A stretch of 64,000 nucleotides of DNA from an uncultured Clostridia bacterium (GCA_944376845.1 CALWDZ010000001.1:66863-130862), one strand, 5' to 3'; shown: positions 30,676 to 39,793, counted from the first letter of the stretch. Notes: generated by a model from the sequence alone, not told the origin. Numbers and translations are program-made.

Positions 30676-30709
30676 GGGGTTATACCAAAAATTAAAGCAA
30701 AGACAATTT

Positions 30710-32671
30710 TTACCTAATGTCATTTTGTTTTCTAAGTTTTGCAATTTCATCTCGAAGTGTTATCGCAGTTTCAAAATCAAGTTGTTTGCTTGCAACATTC
30801 ATAAGACCTTTAAGTCTTTCTATTTCACTTAGGACATCTTTTTTATTTTTCTTTTTATCTTTTGGAGTTGATGTTATTTCCAATGTGTTTTTAATTTCTT
30901 TCTTTATAGTCTTTGGTGTAATGCCATGTGAAATATTGTAATCATTTTGAATTTTACGCCTGCGCATAGTTTCATCTATTGCCCGTTTCATACTATCAGT
31001 GATTTGGTCAGCATACATTATCACTTTGCCCTCACTATTTCTACTTGCACGGCCAATGGTTTGGATGAGTGCACCCTCGCTTCTTAAAAACCCTTCTTTA
31101 TCAGCATCCAAAATACACACAAGTTCAACTTCTGGAAGGTCTAGTCCTTCGCGAAGAAGGTTTATACCAACTAGTACATCAAAATCTCCACGACGAAGTC
31201 CGTTTAAAATATCTATACGCTCCATAGTATCAATTTCACTATGAAGATATCTTACTTTAATGTGTCTTTCACTTAAAAACTCAGTTAAGTTTTCTGCCAT
31301 TTTTTTAGTAAGTGTGGTTATAAGAACTCTATTGTTTTTTGCTGTAACCTTTTTTATCTCGTTTATAACGTCTTCAATTTGTCCCGCCGTCTTTCTAACT
31401 TCAATGTAAGGGTCAAGTAACCCTGTTGGCCTGATAAGTTGTTCTACAACATCACTTGCATGCTCTTTTTCGTATGGTCCTGGCGTTGCAGAAACAAACA
31501 TCACCTGCCCAAGACGATGCTCAAACTCATCAAATTTAAGTGGTCTATTATCAAAAGCAGATGGCAGTCTAAAACCATACTCCACAAGACTAGTCTTTCT
31601 TGCCCTATCGCCGTTATACATCGCACGAATTTGTGGTATGGTCATATGGCTCTCATCAATAAATGTGATAAAGCCTTTTGGGAAATAGTCAATGAGAGTA
31701 AAAGGTGGTTCGCCTGGAACTCTGCCGTCAAAATAACGCGAATAGTTTTCTATACCGCTTGTATAGCCTACTTCACGCATCATTTCAACATCATAACTTG
31801 TACGTTCTTTGATTCTCTGCGCTTCAATTAGTTTGTCTTGTGATTTAAAATATTCAACTCTTTCATCACGGTCATGCTCAATTTGACTAAGTGCCATTTT
31901 TAATTTTTCACTGCCAACAGCATAATGAGTTGCAGGATATATGGCAATGTGTTTTAGGTCATAAATGGCATTGCCGGTGGTGACATCAAACTCACTTATT
32001 CTATCTACTTCATCGCCAAAAAACTCAATTCTTATTGCATGCTCGCTATTGCCTGCGGGAAAAACTTCCAAAACATCACCTTTGGCACGAAATGTAGAGC
32101 GATGAAAGTCAATATCACTTCGCGTGTACTGAATTTCTACAAGTTTATCTATAACAGCATCACGAGATATTTCATCGCCAACTCTTACAGATACTTGCAA
32201 ATTAAAGTATTCTTCTGGACTACCAAGACCATATATACATGAAACCGATGCAACCACAATGGTATCACTCCTTTCCATAAGTGATGCAGTGGCACTGTTT
32301 CTAAGTTTATCTATTTCATCGTTTACGGACATATCTTTTTCTATATAAGTATCGGTTGAAACGATATATGCTTCTGGTTGATAATAATCATAATATGAAA
32401 CAAAAAACTCCACACGATTGTGTGGGAAAAACTCTCTAAGTTCGTTGCAAAGTTGTGCGGCAAGTGTTTTGTTGTGTGCAATGACAAGTGTTGGACGATT
32501 AAGTTTTGCAATGACATTTGCCATTGTAAAAGTCTTTCCGCTGCCCGTGACACCCAAAAGCACTTGAGATTTTTCACCTGCTTCAAAATTTTCTACAAGT
32601 TTGTCTATTGCTTGCTGTTGGTCACCCGCTGGTTTAAATTTAGATATTAGTTCAAATTTTCTATATTCCAT
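30710..32671 (-). CDS. uvrB: Excinuclease ABC subunit B
   Basis: [15 protein letters not shown] (Walker A), [11 protein letters not shown] (DExH-like), helicase motifs [16 protein letters not shown] and QTIGRASRN, and the C-terminal UVR domain ...[18 protein letters not shown]. Confidence 0.97.
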
Positions 32672-33033
32672 TACCCTTTAAAAATAACTTTTAACAAAAG
32701 TCCCAAGACAAAACTCACTACTGTTAAAATCACCGTTCTTGCAATAAGCCACAAAAGTTCCTTGTGTTGTTTTTTTAGGTCCTTTTTGAAAGTTAGTCCT
32801 TTATTTTTTAAATTTACACAATAATAATAACCCTTTTTGCTGTCAGAAACAACAAAATCTAAGTAATTATCTTTTGAAAGTGATATCATAATATCATCAA
32901 GTTCAGCAAGTGATATTACAAACTTTCTTGAAACGAACTGAGCAATGTCTTGTGTGGGAATAAGATATGTCTTTTTATCGTGACATATCTCGCCAAGGTA
33001 TAAAAGAACAAGTTTTTCTTTTTTATCAAGCAT
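32671..33033 (-). CDS. Small winged-helix-like protein with a C-terminal TM tail (paralog of 33040-33483)
   Basis: [17 protein letters not shown]...[30 protein letters not shown], followed by the TM segment [26 protein letters not shown]. It overlaps the uvrB start by 1 nt. Confidence 0.5.
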
Positions 33034-33039
33034 AGCAAC

Positions 33040-33483
33040 CTACACCAAAATATTATAAAAAAGTGTACCCAAAAATGCCCCTATAAATGCAAAAATGAAT
33101 ACAAAAATAACAAAAATAACAACTTCTATTTTGATTTTTTTAGTTGTCTTTTTATTATTTTTTTCTTCTTCAAATAAATTTTTTGCACTATTTGTTGCGC
33201 AAAGGCAATATTTTTGTTCATCGCCGAACTTTATATCAACATATCCCAATGTGTCTAAATGAGAAAGAATTTCATCTAAATTTAATTTCCTTTTGGGGTA
33301 TTTTTGTTTAAAAAAATCTTCAAAGTCGTCATAATCTATGACTTTGTAATTTGTCCCACATTGACTTAAAATGTATGATAGCATCCACTTTTCCTTTTCG
33401 TCTATCATACAAGTAGTATTTGGAAAAAATGAAAATTTATGTAAAAGCGAATTTAAATCAAAATTATAAAAAACACTTAACAA
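33040..33483 (-). CDS. Small winged-helix-like protein with a C-terminal TM tail (paralog of 32671-33033)
   Basis: KEKWMLSYILSQCGTNYK...LNLDEILSHLDTLGYVDIKF, followed by the TM segment IEVVIFVIFVFIFAFIGAFLGTLFYNILV. The architecture matches the neighbouring gene. The likely start is internal (MIDEKEK...). Confidence 0.5.
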   Translation of the reverse strand: MLSVFYNFDLNSLLHKFSFFPNTTCMIDEKEKWMLSYILSQCGTNYKVIDYDDFEDFFKQKYPKRKLNLDEILSHLDTLGYVDIKFGDEQKYCLCATNSAKNLFEEEKNNKKTTKKIKIEVVIFVIFVFIFAFIGAFLGTLFYNILV

Positions 33484-33509
33484 ACTTCATAAGATAAGCA
33501 AAGTTTATA

Positions 33510-34169
33510 TTATTTGCAAAGTTTATCATTAACTTTAATAGAAATTCGATTTGTTAAACTTATATTGGTTTCTATTATATTTCCTTCTTTATCAGTCGTA
33601 CTTAATTTAATTGGAGTGAAAAATAAAATAGTGTTATGCTCATCACAAAGTTCTCCATCAACTCTTAATGTATGATGATAAAATCCAGCATAAACAGATA
33701 TTGTTTTTCCATCAAATTTACATTCTTTATACGAAAGTAACAGTGCAGAAATTAACATAGGAATTGTTATTATAAGTAACGCATGAATAATAAATATACC
33801 ACTATATGAAGATGGTTCAAAGTCATATGAAACAATTTCATAAGAATCAACATTCCCATCAACAGAAAGATATATACTTGTTGCCTCTTTGCCATCACTA
33901 AAAAAATATTCTTCTACGGATTCAAGTAAATTGTTGCTAGAATCATAAAAATTTATTGTAGCATATCCATTATAAATTTCTTGATTAAAATACAATGTAA
34001 CATCACAAGTAGTTGTATCCCAAGATTCATCATAATCTCCATAGCAATCACTATCCAATAATTCTAACTTTGGTTGACAAGATTTGATTATTATTGGAAT
34101 CAATATAACAAGAATAGTTAAACTTAACCAAATAATTCTATGTATTAATAGTTTTTTCTTTTCGTTCAA
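33510..34169 (-). CDS. Hypothetical two-TM membrane protein
   Basis: 219-aa ORF with TM segments IIWLSLTILVILIPIII and IFIIHALLIITIPMLISALLL. No family recognised. Confidence 0.5.
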   Translation of the reverse strand: MNEKKKLLIHRIIWLSLTILVILIPIIIKSCQPKLELLDSDCYGDYDESWDTTTCDVTLYFNQEIYNGYATINFYDSSNNLLESVEEYFFSDGKEATSIYLSVDGNVDSYEIVSYDFEPSSYSGIFIIHALLIITIPMLISALLLSYKECKFDGKTISVYAGFYHHTLRVDGELCDEHNTILFFTPIKLSTTDKEGNIIETNISLTNRISIKVNDKLCK

Positions 34170-34235
34170 TTTACGCTCCTTTACTTCACCTTTATTAGAT
34201 TAGAGCAAAGCACTAATGTTACTATAAATTCTGTA

Positions 34236-34263
34236 GAGATTTCTCGATCTATTCGAAATGACA
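34236..34263 (-). repeat. Family-A short hairpin repeat, degenerate copy
   Basis: GAGATTTCTCGATCTATTCGAAATGACA aligns with GAGATTCTTCGCTACGCTCAGAATGACA at 34660-34687 in the same orientation. Confidence 0.55.
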
Positions 34264-34289
34264 CTTGGGTTTGGTACACATCATATTTT

Positions 34290-34308
34290 AATTAGGTATT
34301 ACCTAATT
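34290..34308. promoter_or_regulatory. 19-bp perfect palindrome; probable operator of the adjacent XRE regulator
   Basis: AATTAGGTA-T-TACCTAATT, ~33 nt upstream of the XRE start. It abuts a TTGTCA -35-like hexamer. Confidence 0.5.
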
Positions 34309-34340
34309 GTCAAGTAAAATTAGGCAAAATCTAATAACAT

Positions 34341-34574
34341 TTGTTAAAAATGGAAAAAATATCTGATATGGAATTGGAAAAAAGAATATCTGAAAATCTA
34401 AAAAGGGAAATAGAACTTTGCGGTAAGCCTAAAAGTGTTATTGCTGACGAACTTGGAATTTCACGGCCCACTCTTTCGCAATATCTTTCTGGCAGAGTTT
34501 TCCCTTCCCTTCCCACATTTGCCAAACTTTGCAAAATTATAGATTGTTCTGCGGACGAAATTCTGGGTTTGTAA
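34341..34574 (+). CDS. XRE-family helix-turn-helix transcriptional regulator
   Basis: GKPKSVIADELGISRPTLSQYLSGRVFPSLPTFAKLCKIIDCSADEILGL is a canonical HTH_3 domain. Confidence 0.85.
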   Translation: MLKMEKISDMELEKRISENLKREIELCGKPKSVIADELGISRPTLSQYLSGRVFPSLPTFAKLCKIIDCSADEILGL

Positions 34575-34580
34575 AAAAAA

Positions 34581-34619
34581 ATACTCGTAAACATTAAAGT
34601 TACGGGTATTTTTGTTTTT
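34581..34619 (+). terminator. Intrinsic terminator of the XRE gene
   Basis: ATACTCGTAA-loop-TTACGGGTAT (10-bp stem, one G-U pair), followed by TTTTTGTTTTT. Confidence 0.7.
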
Positions 34620-34659
34620 AATGTCGTATCAAACACATTGTGTCGTGTCGAACTATCTA

Positions 34660-34687
34660 GAGATTCTTCGCTACGCTCAGAATGACA
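34660..34687 (-). repeat. Family-A short hairpin repeat
   Basis: The reverse complement is TGTCATTCTGAGCGTAGCGAAGAATCTC. ATTCT/AGAAT form a 5-bp stem around a GAGCGTAGCGA loop. This sequence generates the spurious CHSERSEES peptide in track ORF 34331-34699. Confidence 0.8.
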
Positions 34688-34702
34688 GTAAAGTGCCAAA
34701 AG

Positions 34703-37126
34703 TTATTTCTCTTCCGTTTCTGGAAGTATAATCTCACCAAATGTAAGCGAATAGTCGCCGTCACAAATTTCAAGTTCACCTATTGAGCCTACGGCTTTTA
34801 TATCGACTTCGCAAGATTTAATAAAGTCAGCATAAAGTGAAGATATTTTTAGGTCTTTTATAAATGTCTTTAATGAAATTTTGTTTTCACTCTTAAATTG
34901 GCGAATTGCCGAAACGATTTGCATAACTTCTTCACCGCGCTTTACCAAGTTTTCATCAATTTCATCACCAAGATTAAGATAACCAGAAATGTGAATTGAC
35001 TGCATATGCTCTTTTTCTGCAAAATAGTCCATATATATTTCTTCTGTTAAGTGTGGTAAATAAACTGAGAACATTTTAAGCATACCAAGTAGTACATGAT
35101 AGCAAGCATATTTTGCACTTTCGGTTGCACTTTCGCCATAGATGTCTGGGTTATAAAGTCTACGCTTTACAAGTTCAATGTAGTCATCACAAAAGCCCCA
35201 AAATAGTTTTTCAACTTCGCTTAGTGCCAAAGATATTTCATATCTATCCAAGTTCTTTTGGAAAGATTTGAAAACTTTTTTATACTTTTCTATCATCCAC
35301 TTGTCCATTGGCAAAAGTTCAACAGGCTTTGGCGTGTAATCATATAAGAATGAAAACACAAATTTTGATGCATTCCATATTTTGTTAGTAAGTTTTTTGC
35401 CTGCATCAAAAGCATCTAGTGAGAAGCAAGTATCTTTGCCAAGCGATAGGTTATTTGCCCAATATCTCGTGACATCGGCACTATACTGTGCAATTATATC
35501 CTGTGGTGAATTTTTGTTATTCCCACTCTTTTTGGAAAGTTTGCTTCCATCTGCACTTGTTACGTAGCCAGAAATCATAACATCTTTCCAAGGTAGTTTG
35601 CCAAAATGATACAAACTTTTAACCACAGTGTAGAAGTCCCAAACACGTATGTTGTCATGTGCATTTGGACGAAGGTTCATAGGTATCATCTCATCACTTA
35701 GACCTTTGTTTGTTACAAGGTCAGTGGAAATCTGTGGTGTTAAACTGCTGGTTGCCCAAGTGTCCATAACATCATGCTCAGGCTCAAAGTCAGCACTTCC
35801 ACAATTTTCGCACACCCCTTTTGGCATGGTGCTACGTGGGTTGACTGGAAGTTCATCTTCGCTTGCCATATGCACATGTCCGCAATTTTTACAATACCAA
35901 ACTGGGAATGGCACACCATAATATCTTTGACGAGATATGCACCAATTCCACTGCAAATTCTCCACCCAATTTGTAAATCTTGAACGCATATTCTCTGGAT
36001 GCCAAGAAAGACCTTCGCTTGCTTTTAAAATTTCATCTTTGTGTGAAAGCACATCAATAAACCATTGCTTTTTAACTATAATTTCAATAGGTGTTCCGCA
36101 TCTTTCATGAGTGGAAACTGCGTGTGTTAAATTTTCTTGTTTAATAAGAAGTCCAACTTCTTTTAACTTTTCAATTATTGCGAGGCGTGCTTGTTTTATC
36201 TTCATACCCTCAAACTCACCTGCAAGGGCGGTCATACGACCATTTGCAGAAAATGCCTCTTTTATTGGAAGGTTATATTTTCTTTGCCATTCTTTGTCGA
36301 CATTGTCACCAAAGGTACAGCACATAACCACACCACTACCCTTTTCCATATCGACAAGTTCATCACATATGACTGGAACGGTAAAGTTAAAGTATGGCAC
36401 AACCAAATTTTTACCTTTTAGGTGTGCATTCTTTTTGTCATCTGGATGAATGAACACACAATCACATGCCGGAAGCATCTCTGGTCTTGTGGTTGCAACA
36501 ACAACATATTCGTCACTATTTTCTACATAAAATTTTATGTAGTTGAATGTGCTTTCGAGGTCGGCATTTTCAAGTTCGCTTTGTGCAACTGCCGTTTGAC
36601 ATTCAGTGCACCAAAGTGCTGGTGCCTCGGCGTGATAAATGTATCCTTTTTTATAAAGTTCCAAAAATGACTTTTGAGAAATTTTTTGTGTACGCTTTGA
36701 AATTGAAGAATAATTTTCTTTTAAATTGCACGAAAAACCAGCACTTTTATATAGTGCGTGAAATTCTTTTTCAAGTTCGCTAGTTGTTTTTAAACATAGG
36801 TCAATAAACTCTTCAAGTGGCATATCATGCGCTTTTTTATTATACTTTTTTTCAACATAGCGCTCTGTTGGAAGTCCATTGTCATCAAAACCTAGTGGGA
36901 AATAAACATTTTCACCTTTCATTCTGTGGTGTCTTGCAACTGTTTCAATGTGCATATATGAAGATAAGTGCCCCATATGAATTTTGCCATTGACTGTTGG
37001 AGGTGGCGTGTCTATGGAATATGTCTTTTTGCTACTATTCTTTTCAAAATCATATATTCCCTTCTCCTGCCAATAGTCCTGCCATTTTTTTTCTTTTTCC
37101 GTAAAATTATATTTTTTGTCTAGCAC
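34703..37126 (-). CDS. valS: Valine--tRNA ligase (short form lacking the long C-terminal coiled coil)
   Basis: A class I synthetase with HIGH motif (PPPTVNGKIHMGHLSSY) and KMSKS motif (KLSKKSGNN). LGFDDNGLPTE and the editing-domain region ...ERCGTPIEIIVKKQWFI fit ValRS of the PPPT...DDNGLPTE subtype. Confidence 0.75.
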   Translation of the reverse strand: MLDKKYNFTEKEKKWQDYWQEKGIYDFEKNSSKKTYSIDTPPPTVNGKIHMGHLSSYMHIETVARHHRMKGENVYFPLGFDDNGLPTERYVEKKYNKKAHDMPLEEFIDLCLKTTSELEKEFHALYKSAGFSCNLKENYSSISKRTQKISQKSFLELYKKGYIYHAEAPALWCTECQTAVAQSELENADLESTFNYIKFYVENSDEYVVVATTRPEMLPACDCVFIHPDDKKNAHLKGKNLVVPYFNFTVPVICDELVDMEKGSGVVMCCTFGDNVDKEWQRKYNLPIKEAFSANGRMTALAGEFEGMKIKQARLAIIEKLKEVGLLIKQENLTHAVSTHERCGTPIEIIVKKQWFIDVLSHKDEILKASEGLSWHPENMRSRFTNWVENLQWNWCISRQRYYGVPFPVWYCKNCGHVHMASEDELPVNPRSTMPKGVCENCGSADFEPEHDVMDTWATSSLTPQISTDLVTNKGLSDEMIPMNLRPNAHDNIRVWDFYTVVKSLYHFGKLPWKDVMISGYVTSADGSKLSKKSGNNKNSPQDIIAQYSADVTRYWANNLSLGKDTCFSLDAFDAGKKLTNKIWNASKFVFSFLYDYTPKPVELLPMDKWMIEKYKKVFKSFQKNLDRYEISLALSEVEKLFWGFCDDYIELVKRRLYNPDIYGESATESAKYACYHVLLGMLKMFSVYLPHLTEEIYMDYFAEKEHMQSIHISGYLNLGDEIDENLVKRGEEVMQIVSAIRQFKSENKISLKTFIKDLKISSLYADFIKSCEVDIKAVGSIGELEICDGDYSLTFGEIILPETEEK

Positions 37127-37242
37127 TTTTTTGCTCCTTAAAATTTATCCTTGATAATTATATCAAAAGATATAAAGATGTCAAATAGTTTAAATTTAAA
37201 ACTCAATAAATATTGTTGACAAAAAGATTATATTTTTAGATT

Positions 37243-37773
37243 ATGAAATATATGAAACAACTAAATCATTATGAATTTAAAAAAAATCAGAAAGTTTTCA
37301 AACCAAACATCATAGTCATTCTTGAAAATTTTGAACATGAAGAAAACATCGGTTCTGCATTTAGGCTTGCCGATGCTTTTAATATACAAAAAATTATTAT
37401 TGTCCCTAATCGTAATTTAAATTTTAAAAAAATTGAAAAAACTGCAAGAAGTTGCGTTAGTTACATTCCCTATGAATTTACACCATCAATAGATGACGCC
37501 ATTAACTATGTTAAACAGAATGATTTTACTCCAATAGCAATTGAAATTTGTGATGAGAGTATATCGCTTAGACAATGTGATTTCTCAAAATTTGAAGGAG
37601 TAGCCCTAATTGTTGGCAATGAATCACACGGCGTTTCCCAAACCGCACTAGATAAATGCTATAAATGTGTGCATATTGACATGTATGGCAACAACTCGTC
37701 AATGAATGTATCCACTGCCCTAGCCATTACACTATATAAGTGTTGTGAAGACTACTTAAAATCATCTATTTAG
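37243..37773 (+). CDS. SpoU/TrmH-family RNA 2'-O-methyltransferase
   Basis: ENIGSAFRLADAFNIQKIIIV, ALIVGNESHGVS and IDMYGNNSSMNVSTALAITLY are the three SpoU methylase motifs. Confidence 0.8.
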   Translation: MKYMKQLNHYEFKKNQKVFKPNIIVILENFEHEENIGSAFRLADAFNIQKIIIVPNRNLNFKKIEKTARSCVSYIPYEFTPSIDDAINYVKQNDFTPIAIEICDESISLRQCDFSKFEGVALIVGNESHGVSQTALDKCYKCVHIDMYGNNSSMNVSTALAITLYKCCEDYLKSSI

Positions 37774-38599
37774 TTATAAACAGCACACCAAGCGTGTTTG
37801 GGCCACAATGAGAAGATATTGTCGCACCTGCACGAGTAACAAAAATATTTTCAAAACCTGCGTTTTTTAATTTTTTCTTTGCGTAGTCTATTATATCATC
37901 ACTTGCGGTAGTGTATGTGAAAAACGCAACGTCATTATCTCTTGCTGGAAACTGCAAAAGTGTGTCATCTATATACTTTTTAGCACAACTATTGAAACTC
38001 CCCATATATTTTTTACCAACTTGCATAGTGCCATCCTTTACTAAAATTTGTGGCTTAATTCTAAGAAGATTGGCTCCAAATTTACTAAGTGCACTACATC
38101 TCCCGCCCTTATACAAATAATCAAGTTTGTCCAAAACAAAACTTGCTTGGACTTTTTTTCGTAAATTTTCAAGGTCTGATGCAATGGTTTTTGCGTCTTT
38201 TCCGTCTTTTGCCCAAATTGATGCCTTGATTGCAAGAAGTGCAATGCCAGTTGAAAGACTTTGGCTATCTACAACAAAGACATTATCAAATTTGCTTGCC
38301 ACATTTCGTGCGTTTTGGTATGCACTGCTTATCTTTGATGAAAGTGAAATATGCACAACCGCATCATAACTTGAAAGTAACTTTTTAAAATGATTTTCAT
38401 ATTGATACTCGTTTACCGCACTGGTCATTGGCAAAACCTTGTTCATTGTAACAAATTTAAATATTTCATCACTATTTATTTTTCCATCAAAATAATCTTT
38501 ATCTCCCATGATTACCGTAAAAGGAACTGTATGAATATCAAACCTTGACAAAAGTTCCTCAGGCATATCTATTGTACTTTCTGCTGAAATTGCTATCAT
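37766..38599 (-). CDS. DegV-family fatty-acid-binding protein
   Basis: MIAISAESTIDMPEELLSRFDIHTVPFTV...TSAVNEYQY...ISLSSKISSAYQNA...GPNTLGVLF matches the DegV architecture and length (~277 aa). Confidence 0.85.
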   Translation of the reverse strand: MIAISAESTIDMPEELLSRFDIHTVPFTVIMGDKDYFDGKINSDEIFKFVTMNKVLPMTSAVNEYQYENHFKKLLSSYDAVVHISLSSKISSAYQNARNVASKFDNVFVVDSQSLSTGIALLAIKASIWAKDGKDAKTIASDLENLRKKVQASFVLDKLDYLYKGGRCSALSKFGANLLRIKPQILVKDGTMQVGKKYMGSFNSCAKKYIDDTLLQFPARDNDVAFFTYTTASDDIIDYAKKKLKNAGFENIFVTRAGATISSHCGPNTLGVLFITK

Positions 38600-38748
38600 A
38601 ATTTTCTCCTTTACTTTTTACATTTTACATATATTCCATTGAAATTTCACCCTATTGACAAAATTTGCACTCTATTATAGATTTTCATTTAGTAGAAAGT
38701 TAAAAAAATAACTCTACTCACAGTAGAATTGTTTACATTTAAGCATAA

Positions 38749-39348
38749 ATGTGGTATTTTTTAAATATGGAAACATTAGAAAATATTATTGCAGAGAATA
38801 TCTTAAAACATAGGAAACTTTCAAAATTAACTCAAGCCGAACTTGGAGAAAAATTAAATTTTTCTGATAAATCTGTTTCAAAATGGGAGAAAGGAGAATC
38901 TCTTCCAGACATCGTCACACTCAAAAAGATGTGCGATATTTTCAATATTACACTGAATGATTTGACATCAAAGACATCACCAAAACAAATTATGAGAAAA
39001 TCATCCAAACACCTGTTGATTACTCTTCTCTCCGCTGGTCTTGTGTGGCTCGTGGCAACAACTGTTTTTGTGTTTTTGTTACTTTTTACGCCAAACACTC
39101 CCAAAATTTGGCTTTGTTTTATATATGCCGTTCCAGTAACCGCAATTGTAATGCTAGTATTTAGTTGTCTTTGGGCGAAAAACATTTGGCAATTTCTTGC
39201 CTCTACTTTGCTTATTTGGACATCGCTTATTTCTCTGTGTCTTACCATAAACAATATCTGGTACATTCTTTTAATTGGCGTACCTCTTGAAATATTATTG
39301 ATGCTTTTGTTCTTTTTGAAAAAGAGTAATATTAAAAATTTGAAATGA
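38749..39348 (+). CDS. XRE-family HTH regulator fused to a 4-TM membrane domain
   Basis: KLSKLTQAELGEKLNFSDKSVSKWEKGESLPDIVTLKKMCDIFNITLNDL, then several TM segments. The likely start is the ATG at 38767 (METLENI). Confidence 0.8.
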   Translation: MWYFLNMETLENIIAENILKHRKLSKLTQAELGEKLNFSDKSVSKWEKGESLPDIVTLKKMCDIFNITLNDLTSKTSPKQIMRKSSKHLLITLLSAGLVWLVATTVFVFLLLFTPNTPKIWLCFIYAVPVTAIVMLVFSCLWAKNIWQFLASTLLIWTSLISLCLTINNIWYILLIGVPLEILLMLLFFLKKSNIKNLK

Positions 39349-39361
39349 TTTTAAAAAACCC

Positions 39362-39390
39362 TTGACAACGCCAAATATTTTGTAATATAC
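39362..39390 (+). promoter_or_regulatory. Promoter candidate for the tRNA-Ile array
   Basis: TTGACA (39362-39367), followed 15-17 nt later by TGTAATAT/TAATAT. Confidence 0.45.
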
Positions 39391-39482
39391 TTGGCGAGTA
39401 GCGGAATGGTTATATCCACCATTTCGTTACACCCCCCTTAAATATTAATTCAAGACAAAGCCAGTCTTTAAAACTAAACCGA

Positions 39483-39525
39483 TGGAATGTAGCTCAGCCG
39501 GTTAGAGCACCACCCTGATAAGGTG
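39483..39525 (+). pseudogene. 3'-truncated tRNA-Ile(GAU) copy 1 (acceptor 5' strand, D arm and anticodon arm only)
   Basis: 43 nt identical to 39684-39726 of the intact gene, plus a shared CCGA leader. It diverges after ...GATAAGGTG. Confidence 0.85.
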
Positions 39526-39583
39526 TGCAAACAACTTTTGACTACACTCTTCGAGAGTCAGAAAACTCGTTAAAACAGACCGA

Positions 39584-39626
39584 TGGATTGTAGCTCAGCC
39601 GGTTAGAGCACCACCCTGATAAGGTG
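39584..39626 (+). pseudogene. 3'-truncated tRNA-Ile(GAU) copy 2
   Basis: 43 nt with one mismatch (GGATTG versus GGAATG) relative to 39684-39726. It diverges at the same nucleotide as copy 1. Confidence 0.85.
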
Positions 39627-39683
39627 AATTTGACCACTTTGAGCACATCGATGACAGTTGATAAAGTCACTAAAACAAGCCGA

Positions 39684-39760
39684 TGGAATGTAGCTCAGCC
39701 GGTTAGAGCACCACCCTGATAAGGTGGGGGTCGGTGGTTCGAGTCCACTCATTCCAACCA
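39684..39760 (+). tRNA. tRNA-Ile (anticodon GAU) with encoded CCA
   Basis: Hand-folded structure:
- acceptor TGGAATG/CATTCCA
- D arm GCTC-AGCCGGTTA-GAGC
- anticodon arm CCACC-CTGATAA-GGTGG
- variable loop GGGTC
- T arm GGTGG-TTCGAGT-CCACT
- discriminator A, then CCA

The U1-A72 first pair is unusual. Confidence 0.85.
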
Positions 39761-39766
39761 GTGAAT

Positions 39767-39793
39767 GAGTGGCAAATTGCCACTCGTTTTTTT
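39767..39793 (+). terminator. Intrinsic terminator immediately after the tRNA
   Basis: GAGTGGCA-AAT-TGCCACTC, then G plus T7. Confidence 0.75.

Noticed and set aside
30420-30709. Assigning the ygjV-upstream leader to a named riboswitch class, 6S RNA or SRP RNA
   Set aside because: I compared it by eye with remembered consensus cores (TPP CUGAGA, the B12 box, purine, FMN, ZTP, the T-box GGUGGNACCGCG, the SRP domain IV GGAA/AGCA loops and the M-box). None matches convincingly. It is left as an unclassified candidate.
34331-34699. 122-aa minus-strand ORF (MALYCHSERSEESL...)
   Set aside because: It runs antisense through the well-supported XRE gene. Its N-terminus is the translation of the family-A repeat. 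The same CHSERSEES peptide appears in ORF 63117-63302, which is also rejected.
39479-39760. The three ~47-nt repeats with ~55-nt spacers could be read as a mini CRISPR array
   Set aside because: The repeat is the 5' part of a tRNA-Ile gene and the third copy is a complete tRNA. There are only three units, the spacers are distantly related to each other, and no cas genes or leader are present in the window.
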